DNA of 50,331 bases, the filler included, from Bipalium vagum (lineage: Eukaryota), in NCBI GenBank assembly GCA_037834085.1. It is 3 parts of 3 records of this genome, joined end to end, with 100 filler letters (N's around TTAATTAATTAA, not from the genome) between each part and the next. Parts side by side here need not be neighbours in the genome. Positions count along the whole stretch, not along the records: positions 16,087 to 32,270 come from JBBMKC010123445.1; positions 32,371 to 50,331 come from JBBMKC010045384.1; 1 more part is not named here. The stretch is one strand, 5' to 3'. Positions 23,480 through 36,716 of this stretch are shown here, piece after piece. The notes under the pieces were generated by a model. It had not been told where the DNA came from. It made no database searches and worked only from the letters and a program-made list of their open reading frames with translations. Position 1 is the first letter of the stretch. Every line of letters starts with the position of its first letter. A program made the position numbers and the translations under genes.

Positions 23480-24250
23480 AAAATATATTGTTTGATTGGG
23501 GTCTTTCATATGCCTCTTAGAAAAATTGGTTCCTTGTATTCAAATATGGTTGTAAATCAACTGATGATAAACAACGAAGTTTTCTTCCCAAAACTGCTAT
23601 GATACTGTTAGTTACTCATGAAATCGATCATAAAAAGGAATTTCAGATAAACATATGTTGAAACATGAATTACATATGAAACTGATTTAAAAAAAAGTGA
23701 AATTGATTAAAAGTTTCGAACTATTTTAATTTATAATACATGATAATGTCAGCTCTATTTTTTATTAAAATTAATTAATATTGAGTTATTTATATTTGGG
23801 GTGCTATAAAAGAATGTGGTACCAGATTTCTCATGATGTGTCCTGATTGCATGGATTCTTTTGCCTATCAGAATGTATTCAAGAAAGCATTGTTATCAAT
23901 ATATAAACCACAAAATATATTTCAGCAGTACGGGCCCTATGTCATAAATCAAGATTGATATCATCATTCTTCGGTTAGTCAAAATTATATGTGATTAGCC
24001 GGATCATTCACCAGATCTAAATTTGTGGGTTGAAATCCAGGGACCGGCCAATATTGAAGCACTTTGGAGGATTTCGGAGGAGTAGTGGGAAATAATTCAA
24101 ATTTCTAAAATAAAAAAATCTAAATGAAAGCATACCAAGAAAGATCAAGGAGGTTATAAAAACCGCATGAATACAAGTTATTATTTTTAAGTAAGTTCAA
24201 GTAGACTGCTTACTAAAATATGAAACAAAGCTGTAAGCGTTAATAAATAT
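23480..24250 (+). mobile_element. Tc1-like (DD34E) transposase relic, catalytic half
   Basis: IWGAIKECGTRFLMMCPDCMDSFAYQNVFKKALLSIYKPQNIFQQYG, then PDHSPDLN...NIEALW. Confidence 0.7.
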
Positions 24251-25162
24251 GTTTTATTGTCTTACCAATTTTTAATAAACAAAATGTTTTTTAAAAAAAT
24301 TCATTTTTTCTACAATTGAAAAAATTTTAATTTACATATTCTTTCATATTTAAATATAGACTACATTAAAGTATTTATAATTATATATTTTTATCATTTT
24401 ATGTAAATTACAGGTGTGACTTCTAACATATGATTTTGTATATTGAAATTAGGATATCAATAAAATAAAATTTAGGACATAATGTGAAATCACTAAAATA
24501 TTTATTAGATTTTTAGTAATCATTGAATATTATGAAAGTTGTTCAATTTCCAATCAAGAAAAGTATTTTATTCAAATACTTTCCTTTCTTTTTTGATCAT
24601 CTCAATTGATCTTGACATTCAGATTCAATCAATCTACATTTATAATTATCAATTTTCTTAAATTTAATATATAAATTTTATCAGAGGTTATTTATCAATC
24701 TAAGATTACTCAGCAATATCAAAATAATAATTCCCTCTAGAGAGTCTGGTCAAATAAATATAAGAATTTAATTAAATATTTTGAGCATATTAATATTATT
24801 ATCATTTGAACGTGGTTTGATTTTTTTAATTTCTTAATATGAAGTCTGGAAATATTCAAAATTTAATTTTAAAAATTTAACAAACAAAAGTTTATAATTC
24901 TTACTTTCATGATCATGTTATTAAATAAATAAAAGGGAGAAAAGTATAGAAGAAAAGATTTTTAAATATTAGAGTAATTAAATAAAAATAAAAAAGTAAA
25001 TTTCTTCCTTGAACAAAAAATAAAAGAAGCTATAGTTTGGATTATCAAGAAAGTTATTCTGGGTTATGTTGAAAGGTAATTACTGCAAACATTTATTTAA
25101 CGTATTGCAATAAGAAATAAAAACAACATTATTCAGTTATATATTCTCTTTCATTCGTAATT

Positions 25163-26345
25163 ATTGGGTTGATTCATAAGTTCGTGCGTTTTTTCTATAT
25201 AAACTTTAAAAGCAAATTTTAATTATATATTATTTGCTTAAATATTAGCAAGACGCACACCATTTGAAAGTAAAGAGAGAAACTCGTAAGATTATATTAT
25301 ATCACAATACATATAGTTTTTTTGTATATATATTTATTCAGAAAAAAAGCATGGATAAATTAGCAATGCGTATACTTCTGAAATATTACTGGAAGCAGAA
25401 TTTCAGAGCTATAGATGCTGAAAATATGTGAAGTTGAAGGCGACAAATCAGTACCCATAAGAACTCCTCAAAAGTTGTTCAAAATTTTCAACATGGATCT
25501 CAATGATTATCCTCGAAGTGGATATCTCACCATTCAGAAGCTATTCTCAAAGCCGCAGAAATGAATCCATCAAATAGTACTCGTAGATTGTCGGCTGAGA
25601 CCGGAACATCACAAACATCTATGGTTCTTCATCTACATAAGCACAACAAGCGATACAAGTGCGTTTCTGAAGTACCGCAAGATTTGACGCCAAGTCAAGC
25701 TGAAAGCCGTTTGTCGATCTGTCGTCATTTATTAAATAATGTAAATGATGAACGTTTTATACATCGCATAGTCACATGCGACGAAAAATGGATATATTTT
25801 TGAAATCTGAACAGAAATCAATGGTTAGAACCGAGGCCCAAGGTTGTTCCAAAACAAGATAGGTTCGGAAAAAAGATCATGTTGTGCGTGTGGTGGAACT
25901 TTGAGGGCATTATACACTTCGAAGTACTTTCAGATGGCCAAACCATTACTGCTGAGTTACATTCAAATCAATCGAATGTATCAACAATTAGCCATAAAAT
26001 ATCCTGCTTTAGTCAACAGAAAGCAGGTGCTTCTGCAACATGATAATACTTGTCCGCATACTGCGCTAGTAACGAAAAATAAAATTACCCAATTAGAAGG
26101 AATTGAAATTTTACCATATCCTGCATTCAGTCCAGATCCAGCACCTGGCGATTACCACATTTACTGACCAATGGCTCATTTCCTTAGAGGACGACAGTTT
26201 GTGAATTTAGAAAAGGTTGAAAATGGATGTCGTAAATTTTTCCTTTCCAAAGATAAAGCATGGTACCGGAGTGGCATCAAACAACTTACCAATCATTGGA
26301 TTAAGACAGTTGAACATAATGGTTTTTATTTTTCTGAATAAAATT
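25163..26345 (+). mobile_element. Near full-length mariner (DD34D) element, pseudogenised
   Basis: TIR-like tattgggttgattcataagttcgtgcg at ~25162 and ATG 25351 (MDKLAMRILLKYYWK). Motifs: VPQDLT, IHRIVTCDEKWIYF, MLCVWWNFEGIIHFE, LLQHDNTCPH, YPAFSPDPAPGDYH. Confidence 0.9.
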
Positions 26346-26374
26346 TGTTTGATTACTAGATTCTTATCACTAAA

Positions 26375-27150
26375 ACAAAATCCGGTGATTAGGAAGGATG
26401 CGGAAGAACCTCCCAATCGAGCTTCTGGATGACCATTTTGGTGAGTTTTACATTAACATGTTGAAGAGTAATCTCACAAGGACGATTCGGGCGTTTTTAA
26501 AATATTGATTCTTACAAACGCTGAAGTTGTTAGCAATAAACATCAACTATAATGGCTGAATTCCTATCCAGTAATTCCAAGTGAAAAATCCCTTCCATGT
26601 TTCTCCAAGCACAAAACTTTTAGAGGATGAAGACTTTGCATGGAACAAGGACTAGGTTATTCATTTTTCTTCGCCGTTTAATATTGGTGTACAGACAATA
26701 CTTTTCATCACCAGTAACAATTACAAATAGAAATGGGCAATGTTGACTTACAGCTAGGTTATATCATGCAAGGAAACCTTTTTAAGAAATTATTTGTTTA
26801 ACAAACAATTATTTTCAGTCACTCCATATCTCCATATAAGATCAACCTGGTTTCAAAAATCCTGGGTTATATGTCTTACAATATTGAAAGAGAAAAAACT
26901 GGATAAACTAGCCAGAGTTGTTATGATACGCAAAACTGAACATATCAAATTTCTTCAACACCAGCCTCTAAAAGATCGATTGTGTGGTTCTTCAGTATAG
27001 CTTGTGATAACAGATTAACTTTAAAAAAAAAGGAAATTTTTTTAAGTGGTCAAAAATTTGTTTCTGATTATACTTAGCGATTACAGAAATAAAGTTTTCT
27101 GTAAAATGATAGAAAGATAAGAAAAGGTGCTATATAATAGCGAAATTTAC
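26375..27150 (-). mobile_element. Second mariner relic, convergent with the preceding one
   Basis: Minus strand reads PFLFVIVTGDEKYCLYTNIKRRRK, then LQHVNVK...QKLDWEVLPHPS*SPDF. Confidence 0.8.
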
Positions 27151-29746
27151 ATTATCTAATGATTTTTCATTATTATTTGTAAATAAGAATGTTTTATTGC
27201 TTAAAAACCCAATAATATTGAAATATTATTATTATAATTCATAAAATTATTTGAAAAATTTCAAATAACTCAAATTTATTATTACTGAAAAATTAATATA
27301 AGAATGATTACTTAGGTTTTTATTAATTCTTGCTCTTAAATCTATTTAACCTAGCTAGTATTTGAACTGAATTAAAAAATTATGATATAATTAATGTCAA
27401 TTTAAGAAATTTTTTGTAAAAATTCTAAAGAAATAGTATATTAAATTTCGTATTCATTTTATATAGTGAAAAGGAAGTGAGTAAATTTGTTTAAAATTTA
27501 ATTTCCGCATAAATTGATATAAATAATATTTTATTTATTTTTAACCTGTTTTAATAATTAAAAATGAATCATTATTCATTTGTGTTGAGAGTTTGTTTAA
27601 ATTTTACAAATAACTTAACTAGAAAAGTAAACAGAAATTAAATAACGATTAAGAAATAAAAGCAAAATCCAACATGGATTGATTAAAAAATATAATAATT
27701 TCACCAGTGAAAAATTAAGAAAAAATCCTTAAGTCTGTGAGACAATCCCAAAATACCGATAATGGAAAACTACTTCGTGGTTAAATGGATCTTAATATCA
27801 AAAGATAATTTAAAACCAAACATAATATTTAAAAATTCTTTTATTTTGTAATAAAATCCGGCAATTCCTTTTTAAAAGTAATTGCAAATACGATTTAATC
27901 ATGCCTATAATATAAAGAATAGTGAAGTTTAACCCAGTTATACAAATTTTGATACTTACAGATTAGCATAAGAAACACTGAGACAGGTAAGATTTTCTAG
28001 TAGACTAAGCAGGATGTTCAACGAAATCGTCCATATTTATTTTATCATTTGTTATTTATGTCTAGGTTAATGAGATAAATATACATTCATACATGATTCA
28101 TGCAATAAAAAAATGCTTCATTGACATTGTTATCTGAAAGATGTTACAATTTTTCGAATCACTGATTTCCGCCAGACTTTATAAAACTAATACTGATCTT
28201 GTATATCGTTTCATTAATATAGTTTTATTATCATATAGGTTCTATAATGAAACAAAAGCATACTTAACTGATTTTCATTTCACTGTGTAACATTTGTTCT
28301 CAACAAAAAAATAATGATAAAACAAAGTTTCATTAAACTAATTATGATGACTTTTTAAGCATGATATCCACTTTTCCGTGGATTAAAAAAAAATTAAATA
28401 AAATGTTAAGGTTATCAAAGGTCTTCAAATCGTAAAAGTAAAATTATTAATATAGAAATTACAACATTAATTCCATTAATAGCTCTAGAATTTTGTTAGT
28501 GACTCCTTTTATCGTTTTTTCACTTAGTAAACTATCTCCGTGAATTTTTTATATTGATTCACTTCTTTTTCTTTCTCTGGTTTTGCTGCATGGTGTGTCT
28601 TGATATTATTCTAATAGATTTCTGCAACTCCTGGAATTATTCTTAACATTATGACTTTTGTATTATTGTCAGAGATTTAAATTTTATAATTATTAGTATG
28701 ATAAATTATTATTTTGAAACCATTAATTGATTAAAAAAAAACAATAATTTATTTTGTTTAAATATATTAACCTAATATCCATTAGTATTTTGTTCATTAA
28801 TAATTTGATTTTTTATCTATTTGATCTATAAATTATAATTTAAAACATTTCTCCTTTCGATTCAGATTTTTCATAATTTTTTAACAAATCACTTTATTAC
28901 TCTATGAAATTGATTATAATGAGTAGTATAGTGATCGTTATTTATTTATTATTTATATATTTTTCATTTGAAAAAATAATCCTGATTATAATTTAATAAT
29001 TAATCATTATGGCTTTTATGAATACATAGAAGAGATAGAAAGTCATTTTTGCTAATGAAATAATTATCAGACATTTGTATATTCCTGGTGACTATAAATA
29101 AATGAGATTTTGTCTCACAAAATATATTATTATTCTATTTTGCGCTACTACCAAAAACTTTACATTCTCTCACTAGAAGTAAAGACAAATTTAAGATTTT
29201 TATATTGTTGATTTTTCTAATAGGAAACAATTATTTTTTTCCATTTTTATTTCGTATTTCATTATATGAGATTAAAACATTTTAACAAATATTTGTCATT
29301 AATAGAAAGATTAATATTTATAAAAATTAATTAAAAAATTAAAGATTATATTTCGTAAATGTTTTAATTTTTCATTCGAAATTAAATATTAAAGGTAAAC
29401 AAAACTGAGATAAATTATTTCGTTAAAGAAAATTATTTTATTTTTGAAATTTATAATCAAAGAATAAGAATGTGATATATTTGATAACAATTTATGATAT
29501 TTCTGATCTAAAAAACTGTACAATATCAGTCAAGAGGAGAAAATGTCAATGGAAACGGAAGATTTCTTAATAACGGTTGGTCGGAAGGTTTAAGCACAAA
29601 AAATAAACAGATTTATTTATGTCATTTTTAATATTTATTTCATAATTTTTTGAATTGAAAAATACACTTTAATCAATTTTTTTCGTTTGAGTTTTTATTT
29701 ATAGATTAATTAGATTTTCTATTTCTAGTCTCACGGCATCTACTAC

Positions 29747-30650
29747 AGTCCCTGTCAAACGTCGGAGCCCACCTTCAAAAATTGAATTGATTTCATTATT
29801 TATCCATATATATCTTTTAATCCAATAATTTCCAAATGTCTTCGATTGGTCGAACTTGAGGAACATTCTATGGATTTACCTTTTTTTGAACAAATGGTAT
29901 TTTTCTTTCATTTAACTATTTTTGGGTTTATTGGTATAATGAGAATCGACAAAATATATTTTTTCCATTTGCATGACGTTCATTGATAATTTTCAAAAGT
30001 TTAGTTGAGAATTTCTTGGTATACATATCGGCATCAATTTTAGTCCGAAATGCTTTTCCTGGAAATATCCAACCATATTAATATTTTAGATTCGAATTTA
30101 TTTTTGAAATTTAACCTAACATGTGCAGTTGATTTTTCTTTGTCAAAAGAATATATACATATATTTATTGACATATGAACAGTCAAAAAGTTAAATATTT
30201 TTCACCCTCAAGAATAATAAAAGTTTCGGAATTAAATAATTCTCTTTGCAATCTTCAACACTTCTTAGGTATTTGTTTAATTTTCTTTTTGGTATACTTC
30301 GGTGCACGCTGTCTTTTAAAATATTCAAAATCAATCCACTTTAAATTTCCTTGTATACATTTTTGGGACAGGTTAAATTTATTAGCCAACATCTTTAGCT
30401 AACACCAAAGGTTTACTATCGTATTTCGATAATTTTTCTGAACCTTATGTTTTATTTTTTTGGAAGATGACTTGTACCTGGGTTGTCATAATATGCTAGA
30501 TCATTTTTGATTCGTTTGATGAGAAGATAAATTATTGTTCTTGGAATACATTCAGCTTGGAAAGGCCTAATGACATATGATATTTTCATTCTTCAAATGA
30601 GAAAATAGATTCTTCCGAATATACTCTTTTTCTATATGTTGTCATTCGAG
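29747..30650 (-). mobile_element. DD37E/TRT-type Tc1-like element relic
   Basis: Terminus ta|cagtccctgtcaaacgtcgg at 29747. Minus strand reads FKNKFESKILIWLDISRKSIS, KIDADMY and NVPQVRPIEDIWKLL. Confidence 0.65.
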
Positions 30651-32270
30651 TCATTTGTTTCTTATATATAAAAAGCAAATTAAGGAAGCTATAAATCTAT
30701 CTGCAAATGAATTTTTTATTTTAAGATTTTACGTGATTTTTAAAATATTTTTTTGTCCTGACCACTCATTATCTTAGGAGAAAAATATCTGAGAAATCCT
30801 GATATCTCATAATTAAAGAAACAAAACCAATGATCATTGAGATATTTTGGATGAAGGTCGGAAAGACATAAAAAATTAAATCGTTTTGTTGAAGTCTGGA
30901 AAAAATTTCCAAACAGTAATTAGTGGGAGTCAAGAGTTGCAAGATAAAAATAGTTTATTAAATAGCACAGTTCATAAGAGAAAAATAGTGCAATAAGAAC
31001 GGAGTTATTATTATTGAAAGAAATTGAATTCCTAACTCAGCTTTTCTTTAAAAAGCAGCAGGAAACTGAAGTCACAAAATATTTAATGAATGAATATCTT
31101 ATATTCCGTTTGTGTTGCAAAAATACTAAAATAAATGATAATCTACCAGTGACTACTGTGGCTTATTGGAAATCAATTAAATATACAATATGCGTTTTAT
31201 TATTATAACCACTGAATTTTTTCATGATTTTTAAATAAATAATAACATAAAAGCGGAATTTATGAAAACAAATTTTTAGTTAAAGTTATTTAATTTTGGA
31301 ATTCAATGTTCAGTTGATATCAATAATGAAAATATTATGACATTACAATAACGATAAAAAATTGAATTTCAGATTTGAAAGAGTCTACTATTTTATAATA
31401 TAAAATTATTCAGTATACCTTTATTTATTTAATTTGAAGAATTATCGGGTTTTCTTCCGTTCTTATAGACGAAACAAGAATCTTGATGACTGACATGTTA
31501 TCAAAAAGAAATTATCAAGAAATTGAAATATTTATTTTAAAATAATGAATTTTTATAATGAATTATTATGTGATTATAAATTTTATAAATTATTCATAAA
31601 TATTTCAAAAACAATTTAAATAAATTTTGAAAATTGGAATAAAAAATTAATAATAAATAATAATTTAAAAGTATTTTTATACATTTCTATTTAATTTAGA
31701 AAAACAAATGAATTTCTTTCTTAAATAATTTTCCCCTTTAATTTCGCCTCTTAAATATTAAAATTTCGTGCTCTGAGAATTTCGTGACACTAAATACTGT
31801 GAATTCAAAGAGGAATATATATTTCGGCGAGTCGAAAATTTTAATTTTAAATTTTACTTAAATTTTGGTCTCTCCGAAAAAATAAATAGTCTAAATTCCA
31901 AACCAAGATTTATGTCAATCAATTCTGCCTTATTCTTCAATATCCGTTCTATGACTTTTATTATTATTGTAAATATAAAATATTCTTATTTGTATTTATT
32001 AAGATAATAAAATATGAAAAAAGTTTTTGTAAATAAATAAATAAAATAAATAGTATTAATAATCTTGTGCAGATAATATATATTACAAGATACATTTTTG
32101 ATGTACATTTGAGTATCAATATATAGAACATATGATTGTATATGAAAATAATTTTAATGCAGTGACTTTCTGTATTATTACCATTTTTTGTTAGGATTGT
32201 TTAATAATATCCATTTTTCGTCCATAGCAACAATAGTTTTAAAAAACCTATCGTCTAATGGGTTATTTAA

Positions 32271-32370
32271 NNNNNNNNNNNNNNNNNNNNNNNNNNNNNN
32301 NNNNNNNNNNNNNNTTAATTAATTAANNNNNNNNNNNNNNNNNNNNNNNNNNNNNNNNNNNNNNNNNNNN
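32271..32370. other. Artificial contig-joining spacer
   Basis: 44 N + TTAATTAATTAA (32315-32326) + 44 N. Confidence 0.95.
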
Positions 32371-32689
32371 ATAGACATATATGTGGAGTTTATATGTACC
32401 AAGTTTAATTTTTGTATGTTGTTAATAAAAAGTTTTATTAAATATTGCGCATTACTTATTGACCGAACCTTGTATATCAAGATTGAAAGTATTGTTGACT
32501 AGTTGCAAAATAATCGATTTATTTAATATTTTAACAAATTAATTATTAATATATCACATTTTAACAAAAATTTAATTATGAAATTAATTTATAGTATTAT
32601 TATGACGTGGACTCTGGCTCTGCAAAATGATCTCTTAAGCTATTAAATATTAAATATAAGCCTCAAAAGTCCTGCATACCTTGACCTAC

Positions 32690-33135
32690 TTTGTTGAACT
32701 TTGTAGAATCAAAAGCTAAATTCCATTATAAAGAATATTTTGATTATAAAAATTTTCATTTTAAGGATAAAGTTCCATTTGTATTATTAATATATGGTAA
32801 TTTTAAAAAATTTTATCTGAAAAAAAATGTTAACAATGAATATAATATCAAGGGTGCTATTAATGAATAAAATTTAGAAATGCATAAAAAATCTTAAGGT
32901 ATCTATTGAAAAAGTAATTATGAACCGCCAATTAAATCACAATATTTTGAATTTCATGGTCAAGATATAATAAATATCAAGATATAATAATATCAAGTAA
33001 CTGATATAAAAAAACTAATAATTCAATTAATATGACAGAAGAAAATAAAATAACCTACAATAAATCAAAAAGATGTAATTATTTTAATAAACTTTGGAAT
33101 GAAAACAAAGTAAATGACCATGATCATTTAATTTT
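32690..33135 (+). mobile_element. Decayed Maverick/Polinton-type DNA polymerase B region (relic 2)
   Basis: ESKAKFHYKEYFDYKNFHFKDKVPFVLLIYGNF, clearly homologous to relic 1. Also MTEENKITYNKSKRCNYFNKLWNENKVNDHDHL (cf. CxxC...KVRDHCH endonuclease VII-like insert). Confidence 0.65.
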
Positions 33136-33268
33136 TTCAATTTAAAAAGTAGTGAATGAAAACTTCAATATCAATAAAAGGGAGTTTTAAATAACAAATT
33201 TACTTCTGAAGTAAAAACAAAAAAATGTCATAAATGTTTTCAAGTAAAACCAATTATAAATTTGTATT

Positions 33269-34243
33269 TGTTCACTTACTAGTGTATCACACGTTAAACC
33301 TGACTCCTATCCTTAGGCGGTGCAAAAATAATAACAATCAGTATAGCAATAACTTGTATTTATAACACAAACTTCACACAATGATAACAATAACACAAAA
33401 TCGTCAAACTCAAGAGAAGGGGATCACAATAAGATATGAAATGTCTGCAATTGTCTTTAAAAATCTCAAACACAATAGTTTATAATATCGTCAAGAACAC
33501 ACTAATGTATACTTAGAATTAATAAATAATTATGAAATAATAAAGTAAATTACTAAGGTTTAACCAAAATAAAATTTTAAAAAATGGAATAAGCTTACGA
33601 GTTATCTTCGTTTAAGATTCCCGGACTATTAGCTGAGCCTTTACAGTTGCTCAGAAATAGCCCTCTGGTATAGAACTCAAACACAATTCCAGGACTCAAT
33701 ATCTTTAAAATATACTTTAGATTTATAGTCTTCTAAATATTAACGAATCGGTCGTCTGGTTTGAATCTCAACGAATATCTTGAAGCTGTCGTCATCTACG
33801 GAGTTTCTTCAAACTGTTGCTCTTGTGATTGTGGGCGAATTTATGGTAGAATCCTCCTTCTTATATAGAATTTTGGTCGACGACTAATCAGTCGTAGACC
33901 AATTTTATTAATGGGAAATATCAATTTCCTTTTAGGATCATTAATCCTAAATTGGTCCCTCTTTGCGGACCCTGATCTAATCTTGACAATTTATGTTCGC
34001 CATTGTCAAGATTAGATCCCAACAAAAATAATTTATTGCCTTCTTTTCTTTTTAATTAACTTTTGTACTTTTTAATTATCTAAAATTATATTTTAATTAT
34101 TATTCTTAGTAGTATTATTATTATGATTATTATTTTTTTTGTCCTTTTGGGACCAATTTCACAATTATTATTATTCTTATTATTTTAAACACCCTTTTAT
34201 AATTTTCATTTGGGACGGGTGGGTGTTTTGAGTAAACCCAACA
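33269..34243 (-). mobile_element. Solo LTR (975 bp), probably Gypsy/Ty3-type
   Basis: Ends are TGTT...AACA, flanked by a 4-bp direct repeat TATT (33265-33268 and 34244-34247). Minus-strand TATA-like CTATATAAG at 33860-33868. The terminus recurs at 2029 and 15836. Orientation is inferred from the TATA position. Confidence 0.7.
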
Positions 34244-35062
34244 TATTCAAAATCAAATAATTGTAAATATTGTCATATAACCCATTTTAAAAATCATAGA
34301 AATATTCCAGGAAATAAAATATAATGATTATCATAGAAATACAAGACAAGAAAGTCCAATGTTAAAATTGAAACAATATCCATACACTAGTTAAAAAGAG
34401 CTTTAAAAGAAAAAGAGAGTTTAAACATTCCGAAGAATAATTTGAATGCGGTTTTCATTTTCTATACAATTATCTTGATTTTCATTGTATGATGGAATGA
34501 TGGGTAAATCAAGAAAAATACTGGCATATAGATCATGTGTTACCAACTTCAAAATTTCATATAAATAATAAAAAACAAATAATGTTTTCTTTATTTTTAA
34601 AAATTTAAGACTTCTAACTGTTCAAAAGAATTTATCAAAAAGTAAAAGAAGATTATTGGCAGTATATATTTCTAGAAATTAAAGCAAAATATTTTATAAA
34701 GGAATATGAAAAGGAAATGATAATCTTTAATAATATTTTAAAATAAGTAATTCATTTTCATTATCTTTCTCTACTTTAATTCTTTTCTATTTGTTTTTTT
34801 TGTTTCAATATTAAGCATTTTTTCACTTAATATTTTTATTTCCATAAATTTTTATTGTAACAAAACAACATTCATTTTTCCTTAAAAATCTGATTCTTTA
34901 TGTAAAATTACAATTACACCATTTAAATAATATTTTTAAAATGTAATTTTAATTAATTTTTTTTAATAATTTTAATAAGTGATTTTAAATATTAACATTA
35001 ATAATATTTTGTTAAAAATATTTTTCTTAATATTTTTTAATAATAATAATAATATAATAAAA

Positions 35063-36236
35063 ATGGTGAAATTAAATTATGGTGAAATCGCAAAAATTTT
35101 AGGAATCAAGGGATTTTCTGCAAGATGTTTAATCAGATATAAGTTGATTGATAATAAAAAGAAAGTTGGTCGCAAAAATAAAATTAATAAGAGAGAGAGT
35201 TTGTCGATAAAACGTGAAATAGCGCGTTTGAATGATCAACAAGAAAAGGTAAATTCCACAAAATTGATGATAATTTTGAATGTTGACGTTTTACAAAGAA
35301 CGGTACGTCGTCACCTGTCAAAATCAGGTTACAAATACAAGCGACAAATGAAATAAATCTTTCAAAGAAGCACAAGCGGGTAAGAATAGATGTAATTTCC
35401 AGTTGGATTTCTAGGAATTACCCATGGGAAAACACAATATTCACAGATGAAAAAATATTTACATTACGGACTAGACAATTGAATGACATATATGCCAAAA
35501 AATTTGAAATATATCCGTCAGAGGAGGCAATGTCACGTTGGTGGTTTAATGCTGTGGCTAATGATTTTTCCGAATGGTCTTTTATCTTTCTATTCAATAA
35601 TTGATAAATTTGCTTCTAATGATTTCGTACAAATGTTGCAGAAGTACATTGTACCAACTATTAGGTTCGAATTTCGAAAAGAAAGTTTTCTTTCAATTGT
35701 ACGGTATATACTTCAAGGTTAGTACAAGACTACCTAAAATATTCGAATATAGAAACTATTCCGTGGCCATCTAAATGTCCTGATCTAAACATAGTGGAAG
35801 ATGTCTGGAAAATTATTTCAGATATGGTTTATAATGGATCGCAATTTAACAATCTGCGAGATTTACAATTACACGTCACAGATATTATCCATATAATGAA
35901 CAATGAAAAAATATAAAAAATAATTGATTTATATGGATCACTGAGAGCTCGTCTTTGCAAAGTCTTAACTTCCAAAGGGAATTTGTATAATGTGTAATAT
36001 TTTGTTGATAATTAAAAGGTGTGCGAAAAAATTTGTCCTTTTTTAATTTTTAGTATTTCCATTTCTTACCTTTATATATATATTATTTATATTACAAACA
36101 TTATTTAAAGATTACGTACTTAAAATTTACATAACTAATGTCTATTACTAAATATGGCTTATGGATAGATTTCATTTTATACATACAGTAACAAAATTCA
36201 TATAAAATGGTATCTGTGCGAAAAAATTTTCCGGCA
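35063..36236 (+). mobile_element. Tc1-like (DD34E) element, pseudogenised, right end retained
   Basis: ATG 35063 MVKLNYGEIAKILGI, KKVGRKNKI, RTVRRHL, WENTIFTDEKIF, GGLMLW, WPSKCPDLNIVEDVW. Right end gtgcgaaaaaattttccggcag|ta, with an inner copy gtgcgaaaaaattt at ~36021. Confidence 0.85.
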
Positions 36237-36716
36237 GTATAGTTGAGAGTTTAAAGCATACCCTCCTAGAACATCACTCCCATTAATAAAATATTTACAT
36301 GCTTTTTCAGAGGTTGAATAAATCCTATTTTACATTTTTCAAATTGTATAGGATTTAAAGGATAGTATGAACTATTAATTTGAAGTCAAAAACTTTTTAT
36401 TTTATTTTGAATAAAAAAAACTATTATTTTTATTAAAATTAAATTCTGTTTCTCTAAAAGCTATCAAAAAATATACACTCAAAGCCAGATGTAAAAGATA
36501 TGACGGGACTTGTATAGTGGGTTTCTACCCCTTATAAAATATTAATAAGTATTAGTAATAGTTTAATGTTTCATTATCAATAGTTATTAACATTCTTACA
36601 TATTGCCATATAGTTATATTAATAAAATATTTTGTTCCCTCACAATAAAGACAATTAAACGAAAAAGAATATTGAATTCATTAAAAAAATAATTTTTTAT
36701 AAAAATCTGTAATTTT

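Noticed and set aside
25561-26167. SETMAR or another domesticated transposase gene
   Set aside because: No SET domain, multiple stops and frameshifts, and a TIR is present. It is an ordinary dead mariner.
33873-34018. Hairpin series as a CRISPR array, tRNA or bacterial terminators
   Set aside because: There is no repeated unit with spacers and no tRNA cloverleaf or T-loop consensus. The context is eukaryotic.
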